Of a DNA stretch of 64,000 nucleotides, positions 50,001 through 61,300 are shown piece after piece (position 1 is the first letter of the stretch; every line of letters starts with the position of its first letter). The position numbers and the translations under genes were made by a program. Origin of the DNA: Lingula anatina (lineage: Eukaryota > Animalia > Brachiopoda); the NCBI GenBank assembly GCA_051362555.1, contig CM120644.1:18312534-18376533 (forward strand), read 5' to 3'. Under the pieces are notes generated by a model. That model saw only the letters and a list, made by a program, of their open reading frames with translations. It was not told the origin of the DNA and searched no databases.

Positions 50001-53000
50001 GACGACTCAACGACGTTAACCGTTGTTCCACCAATTCTATTGTTCACGCATAAAGATATCGACAGCTCTGTATTGCCGCGCATGGCGAAGCTTTGCGGAA
50101 ATTGCCGAAGGCTAGGAAAATTCTTCAAAATATACTTTTATTACATTTAATCAAATCCAGACTATCTCCCACTGCCCTGAGGTATGGCTAAAGGCTTTCA
50201 GTTGTCATCAGACTTTGTAATTTGGGAGAAAAAAGTGAAACAGTAACTTCTGGTGATGAATAATAGGTAATAGTGCTGCAAGGTGTTGTTTTTTATCCCT
50301 GATTGATGTACGAGTAGCTTTTTCTACAGTTTCTATAATTATCTTAACGTATGAAAATATGCAGGTTTTCTGATATAATAAGACTTTGATAAAATCAAAA
50401 CCAATAATACTTTTAAAGTCGAGAGTCGGGATAAATATCGGCAAGGTGGAGATATGTCCCGCCGGCGCTTCCGCAACAGCAAGACTGAAGGACGCAAGTT
50501 ACAAAGCAAAACATGTTTAGTCAAGTTAAAGACTTAATTACCGGTTTAACTTCGGCGGCAGTGCCTACTGCTGTGAGCAACATGCGCTGTCCATCGTAAT
50601 CCCCCTATCATTAACACTGTCGGGGACGTGCGCATTAGCGCGTCTGATGTAGACAGCGTGTGCTATTAAAGTGACCGGGGACTTATTAGCTATAGTGTAC
50701 CTTTCTTGCTGCAAGGATGTCAGTGCTCCCAGGCATCCCAGTGGCAAAGGTCTGCACTTTGTATGGTACGCCCAGCTCCTTGGCATTCTTGACCACCAGG
50801 GCGGCCACCAGACTAGAATCAAGGCCACCTGGATAGAAGACATAACAGTAATGATTATAACTGGTGATAATCAGGTATCTGGGATAGCTAAATGCTAAAA
50901 CCAACTTAAACTGGCTAAACAAAATAGGGTTGATTTGACTTGTTTTAATTTGTCAAATTTAAACCATTTGGAGAAAAAAAACAACCAAAAAGTAGTGATT
51001 TGAGTGAGAAAAAAAATTGCTCACGCTACCTCAGGGTATAATAGTTTGCTTCATGCCTTCACGAGGTTGCTATATCCACCTCAATACTATATCAATATAT
51101 ATATTTAATATATACATATACTCTTAAACATGCATGATGTACATGCACTTGTGTAATATTAGCAGTTAAAATATAAACTTTAAAGGCATATCACTTACTT
51201 CAGTTATAAGTGCTGTGCTATGCATAATTAGTGAGCTTAGTGTGCTAAGTGCTTAGTGTGTGTGGGGGGGTGCGGTGCGTGTGGTCCATTGTGGTAGATG
51301 AGACTGAATACCAGGCCACAATAGCAAGCTCAACCACTGAGAATTTCAGTATAATTTGGCAATTTCAAAATTTTCCATTGGTATGTGCTGATCTTTATGT
51401 TAATGAGAAGTGTCATGCTAGCTTATTTTACCCTGAGCGTCAGAGCAACGTAAAAGCTAGCTTGCTAAATATACCTTGTGGTGGAGTCGCTTTTACAAAC
51501 TCTGAAGACCAGCGGCCATGAAAGTTTTCCATCAATCAAATAGAACTGCTCTGCAGTGAAAATGCAGTTGAATGTCATCGGACCAAAATAAAACGTAAAA
51601 CAAATTTAATTCTGCTTTATTTAACTTTATTTGCTGTATTTAAGATGTAAAGTGAAAAAATAAATAATATTCTTCGGAAAGAAAAGATATATCCAATGTT
51701 TTTGTATTTTTTGCTTATCAAAGAACATTTAGTCCTGGGATATACAAGTGCACAATACATGTGCTTGCCGTGTGCCAAATTTGACAGCTACACTGTATGC
51801 CCGATACCACTATAAGGGCTGCACAATGGCTACACGAAAATAAGTTTTTACAGCAGAATGTTGCTTGTATTGTGGCACTGACCTTCGACTGCAAGATATT
51901 TTCATTTCAAACATCTAACTCTGCGTCAGGCACTTTAAATGTTTCTTGTCTCGCCTGCATGAGACTTCAGCCCAAGGGCGGGAAAGGCAGCTCCAGGCGG
52001 CCAAACCTGTGACGTACGAGACTTATGACTTCCAAATATGGATCCAGGCGGACACAGCTGTGACGTGTGACTTCCAAATATGGAAGCGCCCCAGGCAGAA
52101 TTTTGAAGAAGAACGCCCCCAAGTTGCCACTGTTCGCTAGAGTCTGGTATTGCTACTATGGGTTATATATGAAATCAAGATCGAGCTGGCAATACCGGAA
52201 TCTAGAACCTAGGGTAGCATATTTTTGCAATTTTAAAAAAGTAACTGATTTAGTCCGAGCCTTTTTTTTACAGAAAATATCAAGGTGTTTGAATGAATCA
52301 AAACAGAATTTCATGTAGAAAGGAAGCAAGTCCTAAAAACCCCACCATCAGTTTCAACAATAACATCATTTCCCAATTGTTTAGTATGTCATAAAATAGC
52401 CATTATGCCAGGGTGGATTTCTTTCCCGATTTCTTAAACTCATATGCAAGTGGGACTTTATGTTATCCATTCAGTAGCAAACAAAATACAATCTTAATTT
52501 TTTTTCTATGAATCACACACGACACACACATACACTTACACACATTCACTCTCCCTCCCTCTCTCCCTCTCAGTATAAAATATATGCAGTTACCAAATAT
52601 AATATTCATTGGTCTAAAAAAAACTCAAAATTAAGAAAACTCACCGGATAGAAGACAACCAATTCGTCTGTTTGCCATAAGCCTCTTCTTCACTGCCGCG
52701 TTCAGAAGGTTGCGTATGTTGGTTGTGACGTCATCAACTGCAAAATTACACCGACTTGATACAACAAAAGAATCGAAAGAAATAAGAAAGGGCAGATAAT
52801 ATACTTAAGTATTATCTGAAATATGTTTTTCAATAGTATATAAAAAGAAACTTCTATTCATAGCATTCATATCAGAATACATATATTTAGATGTTCCAAA
52901 AAAGGAGGTTAGATTTTGTATCAGAAATACATCATTCACAAATGCACTTTGGGTTTATATCAGGAATATATTATTCAAAAGTTTGGAAAAGCAGCTTAGT

Positions 53001-55010
53001 TTTATATCTGATTTAGAAATATATCATTAAAAAGTTAAGAAAAAAGCAGCTTAGATGCATGTTAAAATATGTTTTTCAAAAGTTTGGGGGGAAAAGACAT
53101 TTGGATTTATATCCCAATTGCCGCCCAAATTTTACAAAGTGATAAATCTTTAAAATTTAGGATACTAAAATAAAATTAGTGATGGACTCGAAATATGAGA
53201 ATGATTATTACAAATACAGTGCACAAACATGCACTTCTGTCCATGTTTAATCACAACTTCTGTCAACTAAAATGACCAAATTGGTATAAAATAAATCATG
53301 GAAAGTAAAAAATAAAAATAAATAACACAAGTTTAGCCAAATTATAAACATAACTTAAGTCTTTCTTTCATAAGGTAAGGTTACATTCACAACAGTGGAC
53401 TAACAGATCAAACATGGCAATGCACTTAAAAGCTTGCCGCATTATCCCCTAACAGACACCAAATAGATACCCAACAAGCATTCAAATGGGTCATCCATAT
53501 TTGATCCACTGATCTGTTAGGCCGCACTCACAACAGTGGACTAACTAATCCGAGGGTTGACCCACTTGAGAACTTCCCCACGGGAAATCTGTTCAGTGCC
53601 TATTAGCGGATTTGGCAGCAAGCTTTTTAGTGAGATGCTAAATGTGACCCACGGACTAGTTAGTCCACTGTTGTGAATGTCACCTTGTACTGGGTTCTTT
53701 AATATACCACCGGGTATAAAATTACTTCTAAGGGCTCTAACGCAAACGTGAAGTTCCAAGGTTCGGTACACGATTCCCGACTTGAGTTATGCTCAGAGAG
53801 AATAGCAACGCAACACCACTGTTTTGTTACAAAATCACAAACTGAATTTTATTTGGCTTCGAAGCCTTACCTTGCATGTCCGTGACTAATATCTCTAGCG
53901 TTTGAACCAGTCGGTGCATTTCCATTCCGGGCTGGATTGTAATATCTTGATTGCGTCCCTCGGCCATCGTTGATAGTGTGTGCTACGTGTTCAATTCTCC
54001 TCGAATATAACTAAATCGTTTAGCGGAATCGTGTGCGAGCTTTCGCCAAATTTGTACTGGGTTCTTTAATATACCACCGGGTATAAAATTACTTCTAAGG
54101 GCTCTAACGCAAACGTGAAGTTCCAAGGTTCGGTACACGATTCCCGACTTGAGTTATGCTCAGAGAGAATAGCAACGCAACAACCTGAGTCTGCCATTGT
54201 TAATACCACATAAAACCCCAAATCCTTCCACTTACCCAGGGCAGGAGCGAGAGTTTCATATTTCGGCATGTCTCCAATTTTATGGAATCTCTTTATCTCC
54301 TGAAACTTGGCCTTTCCCTTTTTGTCCAGGGAATAGGTTTCCACATGGCCAGGGGGGAAGGGTTGGATGTCCACTTCATGGTCAGTACTTGTGTGGGCCA
54401 AACCCAAAAGACCTGAATAATAGTTGGAATTTGATTAACATGATTTTTCACAAAAAGTTTCCTATGATAAATAAAAAGATCTATATGCAGGGATGAGACC
54501 AGTCCTCAATGAAATAGTAGGAAAATTGGCCGGGGGTCCAGGGTACACCATTCACAAGAACTACTCAAATTACCCTAAAGAAGTCAGAATTTCAACAAAA
54601 GTCAGAAAAGTCTCATCAGTGTACAATGCTATTTTGTTGTTTTAAGTCCCAGAAGTGTTAATAAACACATACAATGCCAGTTGTCTATACTTTTTTTACA
54701 AGCCCTTGATGGAGGTCTGTGTTCTCTGAGTGTTTTTTTTTTTAATTATGTGTTGGAATAGGTGGAGAGCTGGGCCATGGGGTTGACTGGTGAAGACTAA
54801 TGGTGAGAACATAAATTATGATTGTATGGACATATAAATAGACATAGGGGTAGAAGTGGACTGGAGGATGGAGAGATGGAGAAAAGGGAAGGACAGATGA
54901 ATGGATAGCAAGAGGGAGGGAAGAAAGAATGGGCGGACACATGATTGGGTGTATAGATGGAAGGAGGAAGGGAGGGATGGTAAATAGGTGAGAGGTGTGT
55001 AAGAGGAAAG

Positions 55011-55041
<31 letters not shown>

Positions 55042-58000
55042 TGCACCTGCCTGTGTGCATGTTTAAATGGATACAGAGACAGATGGAGATATACTAGAAA
55101 TACAAATGCAAGTACTGACAATATAAAAGATACCACATATGATCTAATAGAATGTCAATACAGAAGTTGAATGTGGCAACATTTAACTGGTGCAGTTATT
55201 GATTTTTACAATAAATCAATATCTATTCCCACAATAAAACTGTTGGCATTTGTATTATATATTCAACAACAATTAACAGATACAGCCCTTACATGATACA
55301 TTAGTTTTATTTTTAATCAAAAAGTGCAAATAAAGTATTTATTAAATTACACTTTGTTAGAACCCCCTCAGAATAGAAGATTTCGAGAAACTTCTGATCC
55401 ACAGATCAATTAATATGGTGGACCCTACATAAAAGAAGAGCCGACAAATCTGGTCTCCCTGCCTCCACACGCACTGTCCTTACAGGGATCTAGATTTAAA
55501 CCATTTAATGGTGCGCGCGCACATTCTATACTAAATGCATGCATGGGCTGTTATATACACTTATAGAAATAATCATCTCACCTTTAGCCTCAGAGCAGAC
55601 AGCCAAAAAGCCATCTTCCACCATACGGAATGCTGGACGCACACCGTACGTGTCCCTCCCCAGGTACACCTTCCTCTCTGACGTGTCGAGCAAGACAAAC
55701 GCAAATACCCCATCCAGGTGCTGTGCGGCAAATTCTGCGCCACCGTGGTTATACAGATGCAGGATGGCTTCTCCGTCGCAGTTGGTCTCATAGTCGAAGT
55801 CAAACTGTTTCTGGACCTGAGATTTGGGGAAAAAAGGAATTAAAAATCAGTTTGCGACATTAATCACTGGCCCAACTGCCAATGCCAGTAAAATCAGACC
55901 AGGCTGGTAAAATTTCTGAAAAACAGTCAGTTACTGGACCGACCAGGCTAATGGAATTTTTCAGTTGTAATATATATACATACTAGTATATACTCCAGTA
56001 CTCCAATTTGTTTTATAATAGTCAGGCTAAATGCAGAAGTTTTTTAACAATCTTTTGAAAATCCTATGTTTTTGTTCTTATTTGTAATAAGAAGCCAGTT
56101 TGTTGTCCATGTGTTTATTTAAGTATAGTAATTTTTTAACTGGACTCCGGGCAGCAAATTTTGGTTAAGGCCAACAGATTATCAGACCCTGGTGGCCCGG
56201 ATGGCCTGTAAGTTAAAAAGTATTTGGCACATGCAGAAAAATATGCTTTAATCAATCATTATTCTAGTATACACAATCAGAAAGTTGTTATCCCTTCCTA
56301 GATATGTACCACCAGCTAGATAAGGCACACTGAATGAAAAACAATTATATTATATATTAGATAGCTAAAAAATTAGGTATTAAGAGATTTAAACTTTTGC
56401 AAATGTCATGGCTGACACACTGGAAAAAAATGCACCCACTGACCACATCTCAAGCAGTATGCCTTAATCAGCAGTGCACAGATGCATGAAGTTCATGATA
56501 TATAACATGCAATCTCCTTGGCACTGATTAAATAAATAAAAAACAATGGCTATATGGTTTGTGAGAAGATGATAACTTAGAACTTAACTTAGAACAAAAA
56601 TCATATGATTTTATCACTTAAGCACAAGAATTAATGCATTCATGCATGAGAGGGACACTGGTTGAGAAATCTATAAAGTCGTCTTCATCAATTCCTTAAA
56701 CACCTTATTAATTATTATGTAAATACTTAAAGGTTTGTAATTTGTACATATTACAAGTCTAATTCTTCAATTCTGCAAAAATAGTTTGTTGTGTGACAGC
56801 AGAATTATATAATTTAGGTACATAATGAAATGTCCTTTGTGACCATCACTTGACCCTTTGATCTTTATCAGCTCTAAAGATGGGTCTGTTTTACCATAGT
56901 GAACACTCACATTTTTTTTTTTTTTTTTTTTGGTACAAAGCTGAGTCACTGTGTGAGGAGATCACTTCGACATTAGGCTATGATCTTAGGTGCAATTACC
57001 AGTTGGTACCAGCAGGATCAATTGGCATCTTGAGTTCCAAAAACCAACTAATCTTCACTAAATTTTCAGTTGAATATAAAATACACTGATAGTATGATTT
57101 TTTTCACATATATCCCTTTTCCTTTTTCCACTGAGAAACTCTGGGCAACCCTCACACACACACATACACACACACACACCAAATGAGTACTAATTCAACA
57201 TATCTTTTACTATTGCTTTCATTTAAGTGCATGTAAGGAGACCACCTCCATAGTGACTCAGCTTAGTGCCAAAAAAATGTACTCTTTCATGCACTAAAGA
57301 AAATTCACCAACCACACTGCGGATATGATATATGAGCATACATTGTGTGAATGTAGCATCAAGCAAAACATCTAAACATACTGAAAACTGACTATTTACT
57401 GATCAACCAAAATTGTGGATATGACACATATATTTGTAAACTTAGTATCGTTTACAAATTAAAACAACCTGGAATGATCTTCCAAATTATCTGTTGTGCT
57501 GAATGTATGAATATTCATGTCATCTTTACAGGCATACAAATATGTCAGATGTTCAAATTACATCAATATGACACCTTTTTGTCACAATGATTGTGGAATT
57601 TATGTTGCAAATACAGTACTAGTGGGAGGATGACACCATCTTTGACTGTAATGGAACTACTGCTAAATTAACATTTGTTCTCACAAAGGACATGCAGTCA
57701 CAATACAAGAACAGTGAAATAGTATAGACTTATAATTGGCATATTTGGGGTAGTGCTAACACTCGCCAATTTAGCCAAATGCTTTTAAAAACCAACAAAC
57801 TGACTAAATGCAATAGTTACTTTGACTTGTTTTAGTCAAAATTTTAACAATTTGGCGGAAAAAGATACAGAAAAGCATTGATTTAGCTAAGCGAGAAAAA
57901 ATTGCTACACTGCCATCTCAGAATATAAGACCCCATTCCCACAGATTTTAGATCGATCTATCCCTGTGGGGATAGATTAATTACTGTCAGCTTAGCTGGC

Positions 58001-58431
58001 TTAAATGTCTGTCCCGCCTACTAAAAGCTGTAAGGGGGGAATTATCTTCCGTGTGCGGTCCGCTGACAGCAATTTAGTGTGAACCCCCAGGGAGTTAGTA
58101 GGTCAATCTAGTTGGATCGATCTAAATCTCTGTGAATGCGCTCTTACACAACAGAGATATTACAGGAAACATAAAAGCTCACCAGTTTGCAGTTATAAAT
58201 CTCTCCATTATAGATCATCCATAAGTGAGGTAAAGCGTGGACCCTCATTGGCTGCATACCATAAATGTCGTCCACGATGGCCAGACGATGAAAGGCGAGG
58301 CAGCAGTTCTTGAAGTGGTTGACATTTTCAATGCGGAAAGCATCAGGACCACGATGAGCGATTTTCAGGCAGCTGCTGCACTGCCTTGACACATCGTCAT
58401 CGCTGCCAAAAATTGCCCAAATTCCACACAT
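43619..58431 (-). CDS. ASNS: Asparagine synthetase (glutamine-hydrolysing), 549 aa, 9 coding exons
   Basis: Exons 58431..58183, 55816..55582, 54412..54236, 52737..52645, 50828..50701, 45929..45803, 45382..45175, 44709..44472 and 43813..43619 total 1650 nt. All introns are GT-AG and phases are consistent. Motifs: MCGIWA (Ntn Cys2), [64 protein letters not shown] and DPSART. Confidence 0.97.
45686..45833. repeat. 74-bp tandem duplication spanning the donor of ASNS coding exon 6
   Basis: Units 45686-45759 and 45760-45833 are near-identical, and each carries the exon end plus the G|GTATG donor. Confidence 0.9.
45999..46213. mobile_element. PIF/Harbinger-like MITE, family copy A
   Basis: TIRs attcccagag..tagat(t/c)gatcta with TAA flanks. 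The core (ttaaatgtccgtcccgcctact..aagctgtaagggg..gtgaacccccagg) is shared with 57929..58143 and 61442..61664. Confidence 0.8.
46741..47002. repeat. (TG)n/(CG)n microsatellite and G-rich low-complexity tract
   Basis: Direct inspection; this tract produces several spurious HTHT/VCVC ORFs. Confidence 0.9.
47053..50697. mobile_element. Possible large non-autonomous TA-TSD DNA transposon filling ASNS intron 5
   Basis: Imperfect TIR pair TA|CCGTATAGCTAAAAA..CAGG and CCGG..TTATTAGCTATAGTG|TA. No coding capacity seen. Confidence 0.35.
53379..53684. mobile_element. PIF/Harbinger-like MITE
   Basis: TIRs ggttacattcacaacagtggactaac / gttagtccactgttgtgaatgtcacc. Flanks are TAA and, after removing the adjacent TRIM, TGA. 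Confidence 0.75.
53686..54182 (-). mobile_element. TRIM (terminal-repeat retrotransposon in miniature), 497 bp
   Basis: Two identical 130-bp LTRs (53686-53815, 54053-54182) with TGT...ACA ends and a 4-bp TSD ACCT. On the minus strand, a PBS-like TGGCGAAAG lies 4 nt inside the 5' LTR, a weak purine-rich tract precedes the 3' LTR, and ATTAAA sits in the LTR. The 237-bp interior is non-coding. Confidence 0.9.
57929..58143. mobile_element. PIF/Harbinger-like MITE, family copy B
   Basis: gaccccattcccacagattttagatcgatcta...gatcgatctaaatctctgtgaatgcgctc with TAA/TTA flanks; homologous to 45999..46213. Confidence 0.8.
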
Positions 58432-59339
58432 TTCAGCTGTAAAAAAAAATTTAAAAAGTCAAATCAAATAATAACAGCCAGGGAAATGGATAAATTAATA
58501 TTTATATTAAAAAAAAAAGAAATAGATGGTATACTTACAAAATATGCCCCCCCCCCCCATTTCTTCACCTTTTATTTTCAATGTTCTATGGTACTTCAAA
58601 GGGAAAAATTAATCAAACTTTCAGATAAAAAATTTTATAAACACAAAAATATATTTCTATATAGCATTAAAGTGGTGCTTTTCCTTTAGTAGCCTGCTTT
58701 TTGTACGTTCTACCACTTAAAAGGAATATTCTAATTTTAAGCAATTTAAGACTTAAAAAATGAAAGTATCTGTAAAATTCACAATTTCCCCCCATTGAAA
58801 AGATCCGGGTAATTATCATAATTTCTGCCAGGTTTATATAGGTTTATATTATTTTGTTATTAGATCCAGCTAGGATAGTGACTAGATCGGGCCGACTAGA
58901 TCTACAGAATTAATCAATTCACTGATTTTCTATTAATGACCTATATAATAGCCTCGTATAATCCATGCATATACTTGTAAATGTGCCATAAATGATTTTC
59001 AATAGCACGTTTAATAAATATAAACCCAATAAGCATGACTGTATCTGAACATCAAGACTGGTACGTACACCTCGTGTACTAGTAACAGTTGGCCTGCCGG
59101 TCATTCTCCGTTACATTTGTACAGATGCATATGCATAAATATGATAAATTAACGTGTCATATGTACTGTGTATGTAACTGTGTTTAACATTCACGTCGGG
59201 GCTCATCGCCTGCACAAATGAACAGTAAACAACGAAATGGTGTAATCTGAATTTTACATATATTAGAAACATATACAGCCAGTAGTACATGTACGTGTAC
59301 AGACCGAGTCTCTCTTCTTACAAAATAATTTGCACTTAC

Positions 59340-59400
59340 AAGTATTTGCAGGGCGTCTCTGTCAGATTCAGGTCTGCCTGTGAAGAACTCTGTTATTCGA
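59340..59400 (-). other. Probable non-coding first exon of ASNS
   Basis: Strong GTAAGT donor at 59339-59334, and a T-rich CAG acceptor at 58439-58437 just before the ATG. The 5' boundary is inferred from the TATA-like box. Confidence 0.5.
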
Positions 59401-59425
59401 AGCCGGATACAAATTCTTGATAGCC

Positions 59426-59511
59426 TATTAAATATCTTGAACGATGATGCAATCAGAAAAAGAATGATGAAATGGCCCAGAAGTCGTCGAATATCAACAA
59501 GAACCACGTGG
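59426..59511 (-). promoter_or_regulatory. ASNS proximal promoter: TATA-like box, two C/EBP-ATF (CARE/AARE) elements and an E-box
   Basis: TATTTAATA (minus strand, 59434-59426); TGATGCAAT at 59445-59453; TGATGAAAT at 59465-59473; CCACGTGG at 59504-59511. The CARE consensus is TGATGxAAx. Confidence 0.65.
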
Positions 59512-60066
59512 TCGCGGCGTGTTGACCTAATTACGGTTTCTATATAAAACTTGCTTTCAGATGTTAAACTTACTACCAAGCAAATTGCACTTATTTGAAG
59601 ATATACTGGTATTGATTAACATTTTGGCAGGGATTTTGAAAATTTTGGTGCAGGTTTAGATCTAAGCAGCGACGATGAGGACAGCCTTTCGGTCGTAACC
59701 TTGCCGACCCCCTAAGCTTGAGGTCAACGGTGAGGACACACTTGCACTTTCAAAACTTAACGAGAGTTGGTCGTTTCTGGTTTCTCTCATTCACATTCAC
59801 ATTTCGGATATCTGATAGTCTGTGATAACTTTTTTTCCACATATAATTGATGAAGAAATTTAAAAGAGGATTGCAAAGAAAGAATAGGTTTTCATTTACG
59901 GCGACATCTATCGTTGATATTGATAGCAACAGAAAAGCTTGAAAATGGTGGTGCTCGACTATTTCTATCTATAGAAGAAAAGATTTAACCATTTTCTAGT
60001 TCACATTGTCAGTTGGATGCCTTTCAGATAAAAATTCAATAACGAAGTTACTGGCTTGTCAGATCC

Positions 60067-61237
60067 ATGGCTCACAAAGGAAAATTTAGTAAAGAGAAGA
60101 CGAAACAAGAAATACACGAAAAAGTAAGCACTGAGTTGAAGACTATATACAACTCCTTGGTTAGACATACAGTACACATGTACAATGTACTTGTAATGGA
60201 GGTGTATAAAATGCCCATCTACCCCTCTTCCAAAATAGAATCGCTTTTTATTCAAAAAAGGAACACCTTCCACTGTTCAACATCAATGTTGATTTTAATT
60301 AAAATTAATTAAAATGTATCTTTGTGAGGATGCGTGGTGTTGGGGAGGGAGGAAGGAGTGAAGGCTAAATGAATGACAGGTTATTTTGATGAAAATCTTG
60401 ATAACGTTTTGTTTCCAACCCAAATATACAAGAATGTTTGTATATACTAGTACAAGCAATTAGACACATGTGATCAACACACTTTTACATACATTGAAAA
60501 CTAAAACGGGTCAATAAATTCCCAGGAAAAGTGGCATTTTGAAAATTGCACAGTTATAGTTTAGAGCTTCATACATGTAGCTAATGGTTGGTGACAGCAC
60601 AGAGTGCACTCTTCACTTTTGTTTTTTATAAAGATAGGAAATGCCAATCTCGTATTTTATTTTTTTCCGTTGTTTATAATTTAGGTGAGGGAAATAAGAC
60701 TACGCCAACAAAACTGGATGAAGCAGCGAGAGGATCATTTAGCCAGTGCCAGTTCCTCGGCCTCTAGTGTAGATTATCAAAGTCACAGTCATGGAAAAGA
60801 AAAGAGTGGGAAAAAGCAAGCCATAGCATCTAGTAAGCAATTTGTGAGAGGTATCAGGCCTGTAGCCAGCTATTTCAGAGGGGGTGTTCGTTTTCTAAAA
60901 AAGTGGACCTTTTACCATAAAATCCTCAAGTACATAGATCAAATTTTACCCAGAGTGGACCTTTTCCCAGCAAAAAGGGTGGTTCTTTCGAATCCCCGAA
61001 CCCCCCTTGGCTATGGGCCTGGGTATACTATAGAGAAGAGTGAAGAGAGAAAAAAAAAAGGTTACATATGTGTTAAGAGAGAGAACGGAATGTGGCTAAA
61101 GAAAAATCATTTATTTTTGTCACATTTAATCAAATATGGTACACATGTGGATATAGTTTTTTTATTTCAAACCAAGCTCTTAAAACAATTCTTCTTATAT
61201 TATAGTTGTAACATGGACTTCCATTGCTCTCTCTCTT

Positions 61238-61300
<63 letters not shown>

